Notes: generated by a model not told the origin, from the sequence alone. A stretch of 43,505 nucleotides of DNA from Patescibacteria group bacterium (GCA_015485715.1 WFTA01000003.1:1-43505); one strand, 5' to 3'; numbered from the stretch's first letter, positions 8,270-17,512 are shown. Numbers and translations: made by a program.

Positions 8270-9160
8270 CTATATTTTAATATGTAGAACCCTGTCTCTT
8301 TCTCCTAAATCTTTAAAAATTTTAAACATTTTGACTGGCAGATATTTTTCTGCCAGTTTTTTTATTTTTTGGGCTTGGTCATAATTGTGTTCAAGGAAAA
8401 TATCAATATCAATTTTTTTATCAAGCTCTGACATTATCTGACTGAACAGTTTTGTGTAGAAGTAGAGGCCGTTATCTGGAGCAAGCAGAGCTTTTTGAGG
8501 CTCATATTTTATGTTTTGATAGTACTTTTTGTAATTTTTGTCAGACAGGTAAGGGGGATTTGAAATAATAACAACCCTGTCAAATTTCTTTCTTGATTTT
8601 GAAATGTATTTTAAGACAGGCTCTGCCATGTCTCCCTGAATAAGGCGAATTTTTGATTTTAATCTGTGATATGATATGTTTTGCTGAGCTATTTGGAGAG
8701 CTTTGTGTGATATATCTGATCCTATAAAACGCAGGTTTTTTCTTTTTTTAAGATTATGGGCAAGGGAGATGACAATACAACCTGACCCTGTTGCTACATC
8801 TGCTATTAGTATTTCTAGATCAGTGCCTATATTTTGAATGTGTCTTAGGGCAGTATCTATAAGTATTTCAGTGTCAAATCTGGGGATGAGTACATATCTA
8901 TTAACATAGAATTTTAAGTTGTAGATATAACAAAATCCTGTGATGTAGGCAAGAGGTATACCAGAGATCAGCCTTTTATGCAGTCTTTTGAAAACATCAA
9001 CCTGTTTTTTAGTCAAAGCTTTGTTGTGGTTTAGATAAAGATAGGCAGGGTTTTTATCTTCTTTCCCTATTACCCAAAGCAGAAGGAGTTCAGCATCATA
9101 AGCTTTGGGATATTTGTTGATGTGTTTTAGAAGGGTTTTAACAGTATATAGGCTTTTCAT
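8270..9160 (-). CDS. prmC: Release-factor glutamine N5-methyltransferase PrmC/HemK
   Basis: It has an NPPY motif (ISNPPYL) and a SAM-binding DVATGSG motif. I prefer the ATG at 9160, one nt after the prfA stop, over the track start at 9223. Confidence 0.85.
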   Translation of the reverse strand: MKSLYTVKTLLKHINKYPKAYDAELLLLWVIGKEDKNPAYLYLNHNKALTKKQVDVFKRLHKRLISGIPLAYITGFCYIYNLKFYVNRYVLIPRFDTEILIDTALRHIQNIGTDLEILIADVATGSGCIVISLAHNLKKRKNLRFIGSDISHKALQIAQQNISYHRLKSKIRLIQGDMAEPVLKYISKSRKKFDRVVIISNPPYLSDKNYKKYYQNIKYEPQKALLAPDNGLYFYTKLFSQIMSELDKKIDIDIFLEHNYDQAQKIKKLAEKYLPVKMFKIFKDLGERDRVLHIKI

Positions 9161-9161
9161 T

Positions 9162-10217
9162 TTATTTTGATAAGTTTTTTTCAAGCTCTGAAAGTATGTC
9201 ATCAAGATTGCCATCAAGAACATCTTCTATATTATGCCAGTTTTGTTTGATTCTGTGGTCTGTTATTCTGTCTTGAGGAAAATTATATGTTCTTATTTTC
9301 TCTGCTCTATCTCCCGTTCCTATCTGTGATCGTCTCATTTCAAGTTCTTCTTTTTCTCTTTTTTCCTCCTCCATCTGCAAAAGTTTTGTTTTAAGTATGC
9401 GCATGGCTTTTTCTCTGTTTTGAAGCTGTGATTTTTCGTCCTGACAAGATACCACAATTCCTGTCGGTATGTGGGTAATTCTAACAGCAGAATCTGTAGT
9501 ATTTACTGATTGGCCTCCCGGACCTGATGATCTGAAAACATCAATTTTGATGTCTTTGGGGTTAATTTCAATCTCCACATCATCTGCTACAGGAAGAACT
9601 GCCACTGTGGCAGTGGATGTATGTATCCTTCCTGATTTTTCTGTAACAGGTATTCTCTGTACCCTGTGCACTCCAGACTCATATTTAAGTATTTTGTATA
9701 CATTTCTTCCCTCTATTTCAAGTATCACCTCTTTGTATCCGCCTATTCCTATTTTATTGGCAGAAAGTATTTTGGCTTTCCATCCCTGTTTTTCAGCAAA
9801 TCTGGTATACATCCTAAGCAGGTCGCCTGCAAAAAGGGCGGCCTCGTCTCCTCCAGCCCCTGCTCTTATTTCCATAATCACATCTTTTTTGTCGCGTGGA
9901 TCCTGCGGTTTGGTCATTTCTGTAATTTTTATTTCCATATCCTCTATTTCTTTTTCAAGTTTTTCAGCTTCTTCTTTTGCCATCTTTTTCATCTCTTCAT
10001 CTCCTGTTTCTTCTATAATCTGTTTGGCCTGAGAATAATCTTCTTTTGCTTTTTCATATTTTTCTATCACTTCTATAATCTCTTTCAGGTCGTTATATTC
10101 TATATTTGCCTGTTTGTATTTTTGAGGATCTTTGACAGTCTCAGGATCTGCTATCTGCTTTTCAAGCTCCTTATATTTCTGCTTGATTTCTTGTATTTTT
10201 TTATCCAGAGTTTTCAT
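9162..10217 (-). CDS. prfA: Peptide chain release factor 1
   Basis: It has a GGQ motif ([10 protein letters not shown]) and an RF1-type PVT tripeptide. It lies upstream of prmC, as is usual. Confidence 0.95.
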   Translation of the reverse strand: MKTLDKKIQEIKQKYKELEKQIADPETVKDPQKYKQANIEYNDLKEIIEVIEKYEKAKEDYSQAKQIIEETGDEEMKKMAKEEAEKLEKEIEDMEIKITEMTKPQDPRDKKDVIMEIRAGAGGDEAALFAGDLLRMYTRFAEKQGWKAKILSANKIGIGGYKEVILEIEGRNVYKILKYESGVHRVQRIPVTEKSGRIHTSTATVAVLPVADDVEIEINPKDIKIDVFRSSGPGGQSVNTTDSAVRITHIPTGIVVSCQDEKSQLQNREKAMRILKTKLLQMEEEKREKEELEMRRSQIGTGDRAEKIRTYNFPQDRITDHRIKQNWHNIEDVLDGNLDDILSELEKNLSK

Positions 10218-10282
10218 ATTTTTTTGTTAATTACTTTATTAATTTAAATTAAAAATGGTTATTTGTAAAGAAAACAGATATT

Positions 10283-10506
10283 GATTTTCAAATTTTCAAT
10301 TTACAACCCCAGTCATACGACGGGGTAAAATTTTCAATCAATTCCTCAATTTTCCAATGAATTAAATTCCCCAACATTGCAGCATACATCAGTCTTATGG
10401 TCTAAACCATTAAAACATTAAGTCATTGTAAATTCATTGGTTAATTGAAAATTTGAAAATTATTTTGGGGTTTGTTTAGTATTTAGAATTTCGTATTTAG
10501 AATTTA
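10283..10506. repeat. Intergenic mosaic repeat, region B
   Basis: The hairpin module is at 10305-10326 (reverse orientation). The core at 10341-10440 is about 95% identical to 38901-38999 on the opposite strand. The heptamer array is at 10474-10506. Confidence 0.85.
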
Positions 10507-10532
10507 TTATATCAGTGGTGTGGGTTCCTGTC

Positions 10533-10561
10533 TTGATTAAATTTAAATAAAATGATATACT
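10533..10561 (+). promoter_or_regulatory. Candidate sigma70 promoter for uvrA
   Basis: TTGATT (10533-10538), a 17-nt spacer, then TATACT (10556-10561). Confidence 0.45.
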
Positions 10562-10621
10562 GCTTCAAGTCAAAAAGCTCGGAAAGCTGTTTTTTTATTA
10601 AAATTTAGGTTAGATATAATT

Positions 10622-13564
10622 ATGGCTGTAAAAAAGACCAGAATCAATAGTCAGGATATAAATTTTATAGAAGTTAAAGGAGCAAGAGTACATAATTTAA
10701 AAAATATAGATGTTAAAATTCCGCGTAACAAGCTTATAGTTATCACAGGACTTTCAGGTTCAGGCAAGTCTTCGCTTGCTTTTGATACTATCTATGCTGA
10801 AGGGCAAAGAAGGTATGTTGAATCTTTATCCAGTTATGCCCGGCAGTTTTTGGGTGTAATGGATAAACCTGATGTGGACAGGATTGACGGGCTGTCTCCT
10901 GCTATCTCCATAGATCAGAAATCCATATCTCACAATCCCAGATCAACTGTTGGGACTGTAACTGAGATATATGATTATCTGAGGCTTTTGTATGCCCGCA
11001 TAGGAATACCGCATTGTCCTCAGTGTGAATTGCCTATAGAAAAACAAACCACCACCCAAATTGTAGACAAACTGATATCTCAGCTGGCCGGAAAAGCAGT
11101 CTATGTGCTTGCTCCTATTGTAAAGGATAAAAAAGGAGAGCATAAAAAAATATTTTCAGAAGCCAGAAAAGTGGGTTTTTCGTATGTACGGGTAGATGGT
11201 GATCTTATTTCCATAGAAGAGGCAGAAGATTTGAGTTTAGATAAAAAGAAAAAGCACTCCATAGATCTGGTAGTAGACAAGATGATTGTTCCTGATAGGA
11301 TTGATAACTCGTTTCAGGAGATCATAGAGTCAGCACTTGATCTGGGGAATGGCGTGATATATATACTTGAGATTGGAACTGACAAAGAGAGTGTCTTTAG
11401 TCAGCATTTTTCCTGTCCCAAGTGCGGGATAGACCTGCCGGAGCTTGAGCCTCGAAATTTTTCCTTTAACTCTCCTCATGGCGCCTGTCCTGCCTGTACA
11501 GGACTGGGTATAAAGCTTGAGGCAGATCCTGATCTTATCATACCAAATAAAAACTTAACAATTGCAGAAGGAGCAATCAGGCCTTGGCAGAAGAATGTAT
11601 CTGTTTTTAACTGGTATATGAAAGTGCTTGAGAGGGTTGCAGCTGAATATGGATTTTCTCTTCATACACCTGTAAAAGACTTGAATAAGAAGCATTTGGA
11701 TATCATACTTTACGGACTTCCCAAAGGAAAAACACTTAAAGCAGGAAATATATCGGCATATTCAGGCTTTACTGAAGTGGTCTGGGAAGGTGTAGTACCA
11801 TCACTTGAAAAAAGATACCATGAAACAGATTCTGATTATGTCAAAAAAGAGATAGAAAGATATATGAGAGAAAAAGTATGTGCTGTATGTAAAGGTAAAA
11901 GGCTTAAAAAGGAGGTTTTAAGCGTAAAGGTGGCAGGTTTTTCCATTGATGAGGTGGTAAATATGTCTATTGAAAAATTTGTTAAAATTTTCCAATGGCT
12001 GAGCTTATCCCCCAAGCACCAAAAAACAGAAGCAAACAAAAAGATGTGGAAAGATCTTAAGATAAAAGATAAGATATTTATCACAGAAAGGCAATACGAG
12101 ATAGCTCATCAGATCATCAGAGAAATTGCCTCCAGAGCTGCGTTTTTAAACAAAGTAGGGCTTGGCTATCTTACACTTGACAGAACAGCAACTTCTCTTT
12201 CAGGTGGAGAGGCACAGAGAATAAGGCTGGCCACGCAAATAGGATCAGCTTTAACTGGTGTTTTGTATGTTTTAGATGAGCCTTCTATAGGGCTTCATCA
12301 GAGAGATAATCACAGACTTATAGAAACCCTGAAGGCACTAAGAGATTTGGGCAATACTGTTATAGTGGTAGAGCATGATGAGGATACCATAATGTCAGCT
12401 GATTATGTAATAGACATCGGTCCGGGCGCAGGCGAGCACGGAGGAGAAATAGTGGCTGCTGGAACTCCTAATTTTATCAAGAACAACCCTTCATCACTTA
12501 CAGGCAGGTATTTGTCAGGCAAGTTGTCTATAGAAGCGCCCAAAAAATACAGGAAAGGAAACGGCAAATATATAGAGATAAAAGGGGCCAGAGAACACAA
12601 TCTGAAGAACATAGATGTTAAAATACCTCTGGAAAAATTTGTAGTCATCACAGGCTTGTCAGGATCTGGTAAATCCACACTTATAGATGATATTTTATCC
12701 CGCGCCCTTTATCAGCATTTTTACAATTCCAAAGATATGCCCGGTAAACACAAGCAGATAAAGGGTATAGAGCATATAGACAAAGTCATCACAGTTGACC
12801 AGTCGCCAATCGGCAGGACACCAAGATCAAATCCTGCCACTTATACAGGCGTGTTTACTCCTATAAGAGATTTGTTTACTCAGGTTCCTGAGGCCAGAAT
12901 CAGAGGGTATAAAGCAGGTATGTTTTCTTTTAATGTTCAGGGCGGCAGATGTGAGGCCTGTCAGGGAGACGGATTTGTAAAAATTGAGATGCACTTTTTA
13001 CCTGATGTTTATGTTGAATGTGAAGAGTGTAAGGGCAAAAGGTACAACAGGCAGGTTTTGGAGATTTTTTGGAAGGGAAAAAATATAGCAGATGTGCTTG
13101 AAATGACAGTAGAGGAAGCTATGAACTTTTTCTATACCATACCCCAGATACATGACAAACTGAAAGTTTTATATGAAGTCGGTCTTGGATATATCAAGCT
13201 GGGACAGCCTGCCACAACTCTTTCAGGAGGCGAAGCCCAGAGAGTAAAGCTTGCAACTGAGCTTTCCAAAAAATCAACAGGCAGAACATTGTATATTTTG
13301 GATGAACCGACAACAGGGCTTCATTTTGATGACATCAAAAGACTGCTTAATATTTTAAACAGGCTTGTGGACAAGGGAAACACTGTGCTTGTCATAGAAC
13401 ATAATCTGGATGTTATCAAATGCGCTGACTGGATTATAGATTTAGGACCTGAAGGAGGAGACAGAGGCGGTGAAATAGTTGCTCAAGGCACACCAAAAGA
13501 TGTAGCAAAGGTCAAAAAAAGCTACACAGGCCAGTTTTTAAGAGAAGTTTTAAAAAGTAGGTAG
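10622..13564 (+). CDS. uvrA: Excinuclease ABC subunit A
   Basis: It has two ABC ATPase modules ([10 protein letters not shown] Walker A twice, LSGGEAQR twice) and Cys4 zinc modules, at 980 aa. Confidence 0.97.
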   Translation: MAVKKTRINSQDINFIEVKGARVHNLKNIDVKIPRNKLIVITGLSGSGKSSLAFDTIYAEGQRRYVESLSSYARQFLGVMDKPDVDRIDGLSPAISIDQKSISHNPRSTVGTVTEIYDYLRLLYARIGIPHCPQCELPIEKQTTTQIVDKLISQLAGKAVYVLAPIVKDKKGEHKKIFSEARKVGFSYVRVDGDLISIEEAEDLSLDKKKKHSIDLVVDKMIVPDRIDNSFQEIIESALDLGNGVIYILEIGTDKESVFSQHFSCPKCGIDLPELEPRNFSFNSPHGACPACTGLGIKLEADPDLIIPNKNLTIAEGAIRPWQKNVSVFNWYMKVLERVAAEYGFSLHTPVKDLNKKHLDIILYGLPKGKTLKAGNISAYSGFTEVVWEGVVPSLEKRYHETDSDYVKKEIERYMREKVCAVCKGKRLKKEVLSVKVAGFSIDEVVNMSIEKFVKIFQWLSLSPKHQKTEANKKMWKDLKIKDKIFITERQYEIAHQIIREIASRAAFLNKVGLGYLTLDRTATSLSGGEAQRIRLATQIGSALTGVLYVLDEPSIGLHQRDNHRLIETLKALRDLGNTVIVVEHDEDTIMSADYVIDIGPGAGEHGGEIVAAGTPNFIKNNPSSLTGRYLSGKLSIEAPKKYRKGNGKYIEIKGAREHNLKNIDVKIPLEKFVVITGLSGSGKSTLIDDILSRALYQHFYNSKDMPGKHKQIKGIEHIDKVITVDQSPIGRTPRSNPATYTGVFTPIRDLFTQVPEARIRGYKAGMFSFNVQGGRCEACQGDGFVKIEMHFLPDVYVECEECKGKRYNRQVLEIFWKGKNIADVLEMTVEEAMNFFYTIPQIHDKLKVLYEVGLGYIKLGQPATTLSGGEAQRVKLATELSKKSTGRTLYILDEPTTGLHFDDIKRLLNILNRLVDKGNTVLVIEHNLDVIKCADWIIDLGPEGGDRGGEIVAQGTPKDVAKVKKSYTGQFLREVLKSR

Positions 13565-13572
13565 GAAAATAT

Positions 13573-13803
13573 ATGACCAGAGTAAATACAGAAAGAGTTA
13601 CTCCTGTGCCAGAGATTTGTGACACAGGAGACTCTACAAAAAAACCAAAAGAACCAAATTATACTGATAAACAGTACAAAAATGAAGGACAATTATCAGA
13701 TTTTTCAAAAAAGACAGAAGATTTATATACTAATTCAGATGTTTATAACGAGAATGGTGAGAGAGCAACAGGTCCTGGAAAGCGGATTGATATAAGAGCG
13801 TAA
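13573..13803 (+). CDS. Small hydrophilic hypothetical protein
   Basis: A 76-aa ORF with an AGGAAA Shine-Dalgarno-like sequence 7 nt upstream. The sequence is polar and looks disordered, with no recognisable family. Confidence 0.35.
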   Translation: MTRVNTERVTPVPEICDTGDSTKKPKEPNYTDKQYKNEGQLSDFSKKTEDLYTNSDVYNENGERATGPGKRIDIRA

Positions 13804-13846
13804 ACATTTACTTAAAGTGGTTTCCGGAGTTTTCCACAGGCAGGGC

Positions 13847-13890
13847 TTGGATAGGAATACAGTATGTGCTATAATACCCTATGGGGGTAT
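13847..13890 (+). promoter_or_regulatory. Sigma70-type promoter overlapped by a CsoR-type operator
   Basis: TTGGAT (13847-13852), a 17-nt spacer, then TATAAT (13870-13875). The pseudo-palindrome ATACCC-TAT-GGGGGTAT (13874-13890) overlaps the -10 and start-site region. The next co-directional gene encodes a CsoR/RcnR-family repressor. Confidence 0.65.
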
Positions 13891-13897
13891 ATGGTAT

Positions 13898-14200
13898 TAA
13901 ATACGAAATCCTAAATTCTAAATTCTAAACCCTAAACATATAGAATTCCAAATACCAAAATCCAAATGTCAAATAAAATCCCAAGTCCCAAATCCAAAAT
14001 AACAATAATGATAGTTTTGGCTTTGACACTGTACATTGGTCGACTTGCCCAGCTTCACTTTTTGAGGTAAATCTTGCTATAAAGCCAATGGGTATATAAT
14101 TTGATTTAAAGCAACATATCTGCAGATAATGTTGAAAAGTGGGGCTGGATTAGATATTAAAAATTGTTTATAAAACTTGCCCCGTCGAATGACTGGGGTT
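13898..14200. repeat. Intergenic mosaic repeat, region C (inverted relative to A2)
   Basis: Heptamer arrays lie at 13898-13937 and 13947-13996. The core at 13957-14125 matches the reverse complement of 3715-3882 with about 3 mismatches by eye. The hairpin module CCCCGTCGAATGACTGGGG lies at 14180-14198. Confidence 0.9.
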
Positions 14201-14223
14201 ACAAAATTAAAAATTTTTCTTAC

Positions 14224-14496
14224 ATGCAAGGGAAAATACAAAAAGATTATAAAAAAAGACTGATACACAGGCTTAGGATTATTCAGGGCCAGATTAAGGG
14301 ATTGGAGAAGATGGTAGAAGAAGAAAAATACTGTATAGAGATTCTCAGGCAGTCTAAAGCTCTGCGCAAATCTCTGGAGAGTTTTGATGAGCTGATGTTG
14401 AAAAACCATCTGAAAACCCATTTATCCAATGGTAAAAATTTAAAAGATTCAGACAAATTGGTAAAAGAGATTATAGATTTATTAAAATATTGTTAA
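14224..14496 (+). CDS. CsoR/RcnR-family (DUF156) metal-sensing transcriptional repressor
   Basis: The LIHRLRIIQGQIKGLEKMVEEEKYCIEILRQ helix pattern is typical of the family. I prefer the ATG at 14224 (MQGKIQ..), because the track start at 14164 lies inside the repeat element. Confidence 0.8.
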   Translation: MQGKIQKDYKKRLIHRLRIIQGQIKGLEKMVEEEKYCIEILRQSKALRKSLESFDELMLKNHLKTHLSNGKNLKDSDKLVKEIIDLLKYC

Positions 14497-14497
14497 T

Positions 14498-14791
14498 ATG
14501 ATAGGTACAGGGAGAAAAATATATATATTTGTGTTGGGAGTTCTTGTTTTTTTGATGTTTTTTGGTATTTTCGGTGCAAATATAAATATAGGCCATGATA
14601 TGTCAGGGTCGACCCAGTGTTTTGGAACTCAATGCGGACCTATAGAGCATATTACAGTGCATGTATATAATATCCCTGATGCTGTCTCTGTCTCTCCTGA
14701 TTTTTATGCATATGGCAGTTTGTTATTTAATCAAAGCAGATATAAGTTTGAATATGTAAAAAATATATACCATCCCCCCAAGGCAGTGTAG
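14498..14791 (+). CDS. Hypothetical single-pass membrane protein with a Cx4C/His-rich ectodomain
   Basis: It has an N-terminal TM followed by GHDMSGSTQCFGTQCGPIEH. The start is 1 nt after the repressor stop, consistent with an operon. Confidence 0.5.
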   Translation: MIGTGRKIYIFVLGVLVFLMFFGIFGANINIGHDMSGSTQCFGTQCGPIEHITVHVYNIPDAVSVSPDFYAYGSLLFNQSRYKFEYVKNIYHPPKAV

Positions 14792-14829
14792 TGTTTTGAT
14801 GTCTGATATTTACAATTAATAATAAATAT

Positions 14830-15300
14830 ATGAAAAAAACACTCATTGCCTTGTTGGTGGTTTTAGCCATTGGAAGTGTATATTTAATTTTGTCAAAAGA
14901 TAACAGATCAAGAAAAGATACGCCTTTAGGACCCAAAATTGTCAGATTATACAAATCTCCCACCTGCGGATGCTGTGACGGATATGCAAAGTATCTTAAA
15001 TGGAACGGATATGAGGTTGAGGTAAGAAATGTTGCTGATATGTCTGTTATAAAAAAGAAATATAATGTTCCTTCAAATTTATTCAGTTGCCATACTGTAG
15101 ATTTTGGTGACTATGTGGTGGAAGGTCATATACCAATTGAGGCAATAGATAAACTGTTTACAGAAAAACCAGACATAAAGGGTATAGGTATGCCGGGTAT
15201 GCCTGCAGGATCCCCGGGTATGGGCGGATCCAAAAAAGGTCCTTTTAATGTCTATACTATAGAAAAAGACGGTAGTATACAGGAATTTATTAGTATATAA
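14830..15300 (+). CDS. DUF411/CopG-family copper-resistance metal-binding protein
   Basis: Family signatures CGCC, SCHT, EGHIP and GMPGMPAGSPGM are all present, along with an N-terminal anchor. Confidence 0.85.
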   Translation: MKKTLIALLVVLAIGSVYLILSKDNRSRKDTPLGPKIVRLYKSPTCGCCDGYAKYLKWNGYEVEVRNVADMSVIKKKYNVPSNLFSCHTVDFGDYVVEGHIPIEAIDKLFTEKPDIKGIGMPGMPAGSPGMGGSKKGPFNVYTIEKDGSIQEFISI

Positions 15301-15302
15301 GT

Positions 15303-15815
15303 ATGCTTGTTAGAATAGCAATATTTATAGCGCTGTTTATACCCGGCTATGTATCAGCACATTGCCCTTTGTGTACTGCAGGCGCAGGGGCTGTGGCAGG
15401 CGCAGCAGTTTTGTTTGGTGTTCAAAATTCAGTTGTTGGGTTGTTTCTGGGAGCGTTTGCTATGGCTTTGGGACTGTGGTTTGGAAAGAAATTAAAGTTT
15501 AACTTGAAATACAAAGAAGAGCTGGCTGGAGTATTGTCGTGGGTTTTAACCATCCTGCCTCTTATGCCGCTGTTTAAGAGTTATACAGCTTTATATGTAT
15601 ATTTGGCCGGAGATTATGGGAGCTTGTTGAACAGGTCGTACATTGTAGATAAATTTATTATAGGAAGTATAGTAGGTGCTCTGATAGTATATATATCTCC
15701 CTATATCAGCAGAAGAATATCTGAAATCAGGAAAAAGACTATTGATTTTCAGGGTGTTATAATAACATTTGTTTTACTGGCTGTAGTTGGTATTATTTTC
15801 CAGATAGTCCTATGA
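15303..15815 (+). CDS. Hypothetical multi-pass membrane protein with HCPLC next to the predicted signal-peptide cleavage site
   Basis: The signal-like N-terminus ends ..GYVSA|HCPLCTAGAG and is followed by about 4 TM helices. No family was recognised. Confidence 0.55.
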   Translation: MLVRIAIFIALFIPGYVSAHCPLCTAGAGAVAGAAVLFGVQNSVVGLFLGAFAMALGLWFGKKLKFNLKYKEELAGVLSWVLTILPLMPLFKSYTALYVYLAGDYGSLLNRSYIVDKFIIGSIVGALIVYISPYISRRISEIRKKTIDFQGVIITFVLLAVVGIIFQIVL

Positions 15816-16249
15816 TGTATGAGTTGTATACAACAATAATGGTAATTGCTGTATTTGCGGTTGTCTTGGTGTTAAAGAGTTTATTAAAAAAAGATATTTG
15901 TGTGCTATGTGCAAGTGTATCAGTTGTGTGGATAGTTTTGCTGGCAGGTTTGACTACAGGGATGTGGCAGGACATGGTATCTGTGGCAGTTTTAATGGGT
16001 GCAAGTCTTACAGGAGGATATTATTATCTGGAGTCAAAGCTGAAGAAAGAGTGGATGGTATTCAGATTTCCTATATTTATTACAGGATTATCTCTTGTGT
16101 TTTCTGTTGTTGAGAGAGGGGTTAATGTTTATTTATGGATGATAACAGGGATTTTATGGCTCGTAGTATATATACTCTATGTGTTTAGAGATAAGTCTGG
16201 TTTGAGGAGAATAGTTAAAAATATTATAGAGTGTTGCCGAAAATGGTAA
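15812..16249 (+). CDS. Hypothetical 4-TM membrane protein with a membrane-edge CVLC motif (VKOR/DsbB-like flavour)
   Basis: An ATGA start/stop overlap with the previous gene suggests translational coupling. It has KKDICVLCASVSVVW at a TM boundary and a C-terminal CC pair. Confidence 0.5.
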   Translation: MMYELYTTIMVIAVFAVVLVLKSLLKKDICVLCASVSVVWIVLLAGLTTGMWQDMVSVAVLMGASLTGGYYYLESKLKKEWMVFRFPIFITGLSLVFSVVERGVNVYLWMITGILWLVVYILYVFRDKSGLRRIVKNIIECCRKW

Positions 16250-16270
16250 TTATAATTAATTAAAAAAAAT

Positions 16271-17008
16271 ATGAAAAACATAAAGAAGTTGGCAATATTT
16301 GCCTTGATTGGTATATTTATTATACCGTATGCAGTATTTGCTCATATGGGAAATGCTGACCAGAATGTGTCCCAAAATATTGAAAGTCAGCTTCAGGAAG
16401 CTGTACAAAAGATACTGAAAGATCAGAATATAAAAGATAAGGTTGACATAGACTGCGGCAAAGTTTCAGATGATAGTTTTGAGGAGCTGGGAGAGGTTGT
16501 AATGAGTCTGATGCATCCTGATGAAGAAGAACATACAGCAATGGATAATATGATGGGAGGAGAAGGGTCCGACACCCTGAGACAGATGCATATTAATATG
16601 GGCAGAAGTTATTTGGGATGCTTTGATGGGAGGTATATACCTTCCATGGGTATGATGATGGGTATGATGGGTGTCAGAGGAGGAATGGGCTTTGACGGAA
16701 GAGCCGGCATGATGGATGAAGATATGATGAATGGGGATATGATGGAAGACAGAGAAGGGAGCAGTTATGTAGGCGATACTGTCTATAGAAATCCGTTTGG
16801 TATGCGCAGTGCTGTTTTGATGCCGCTGTGGGGGTGGATAGTAATGGTTGTAGCAGGTATAGCATTTGTTTTTTTGATAGTCTGGGTTGTAAATGGATTT
16901 TCTGGCGGCAGATCTGGGAGCCCTCTCGATATTCTTAAGGAAAGATATGTCAAGGGAGAGATAAACAGAGATGAGTACGAAAGAATGAAAAAAGAAATTA
17001 TGGATTAA
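16271..17008 (+). CDS. Secreted/membrane Met-rich protein with a C-terminal SHOCT domain
   Basis: It has a signal peptide, the Met-rich tract SMGMMMGMMGVRGGMGFDGRAGMMDEDMMNGDMM, one TM, and a C-terminal LKERYVKGEINRDEYERMKKEI (SHOCT-like) sequence. Confidence 0.7.
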   Translation: MKNIKKLAIFALIGIFIIPYAVFAHMGNADQNVSQNIESQLQEAVQKILKDQNIKDKVDIDCGKVSDDSFEELGEVVMSLMHPDEEEHTAMDNMMGGEGSDTLRQMHINMGRSYLGCFDGRYIPSMGMMMGMMGVRGGMGFDGRAGMMDEDMMNGDMMEDREGSSYVGDTVYRNPFGMRSAVLMPLWGWIVMVVAGIAFVFLIVWVVNGFSGGRSGSPLDILKERYVKGEINRDEYERMKKEIMD

Positions 17009-17029
17009 ATTATAATTTACTAATAAAAT

Positions 17030-17479
17030 ATGAGAAAAATATTATGGCTTATAATTATTGTAGTGATAATTGTGATAGCTGTTGCTGTTACAAAATCACC
17101 TTCATCTGTACAAGTGTCTGAGAATCAGACACAAAACAGTCAAGAGACGGTTGAGTCTCAGAATACATTAGTGTCATATAAGAACATAACCCCTGATGAA
17201 TTATACGAGATGATGCAAAACAAAGATTTTACACTGATTGATGTGCATATACCTGAACAAAAACACATCAAGGGAACAGATAAATTTATACCTTACAATG
17301 AGATAAGAATGAGAGCAGACGAGCTTCCTCAGGATAAGAACGCCAAGATAGTACTTTACTGCAGATCAGGAGCTATGAGTGCTGTAGCTGCAGAGGAATT
17401 AGTAAAGATGGGATATAAGAATGTATATAATCTGGAAGGAGGTATTATAGCATGGCAGGATAGGGGATATGAAATTTAG
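17030..17479 (+). CDS. Membrane-anchored rhodanese-domain sulfurtransferase
   Basis: It has an N-terminal TM, an active-site loop LYCRSGAMS, and rhodanese-like length. Confidence 0.8.
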   Translation: MRKILWLIIIVVIIVIAVAVTKSPSSVQVSENQTQNSQETVESQNTLVSYKNITPDELYEMMQNKDFTLIDVHIPEQKHIKGTDKFIPYNEIRMRADELPQDKNAKIVLYCRSGAMSAVAAEELVKMGYKNVYNLEGGIIAWQDRGYEI

Positions 17480-17512
17480 CAATCAAATTATTAACAACAT
17501 AATTTAATATCT

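Noticed and set aside
9469-10247. Two long plus-strand ORFs (187 and 193 aa) antisense to prfA
   Set aside because: Their products are low-complexity Ser/Phe/Ile-rich strings. These arise as mirror images of a Lys/Glu-rich, AT-biased gene. prfA on the minus strand has unambiguous motifs.
13898-13937. TTTAGGG units resembling plant-type telomere repeats
   Set aside because: There is only one exact TTTAGGG within a degenerate heptamer array, and the array sits internally in a bacterial contig. The resemblance is coincidental.
14077-14421. A minus-strand 114-aa ORF, and the 5' extension (14164-14223) of the repressor ORF
   Set aside because: Both lie largely within repeat copy C or antisense to a well-supported CsoR-family gene. 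The family-typical N-terminus starts at the ATG at 14224.
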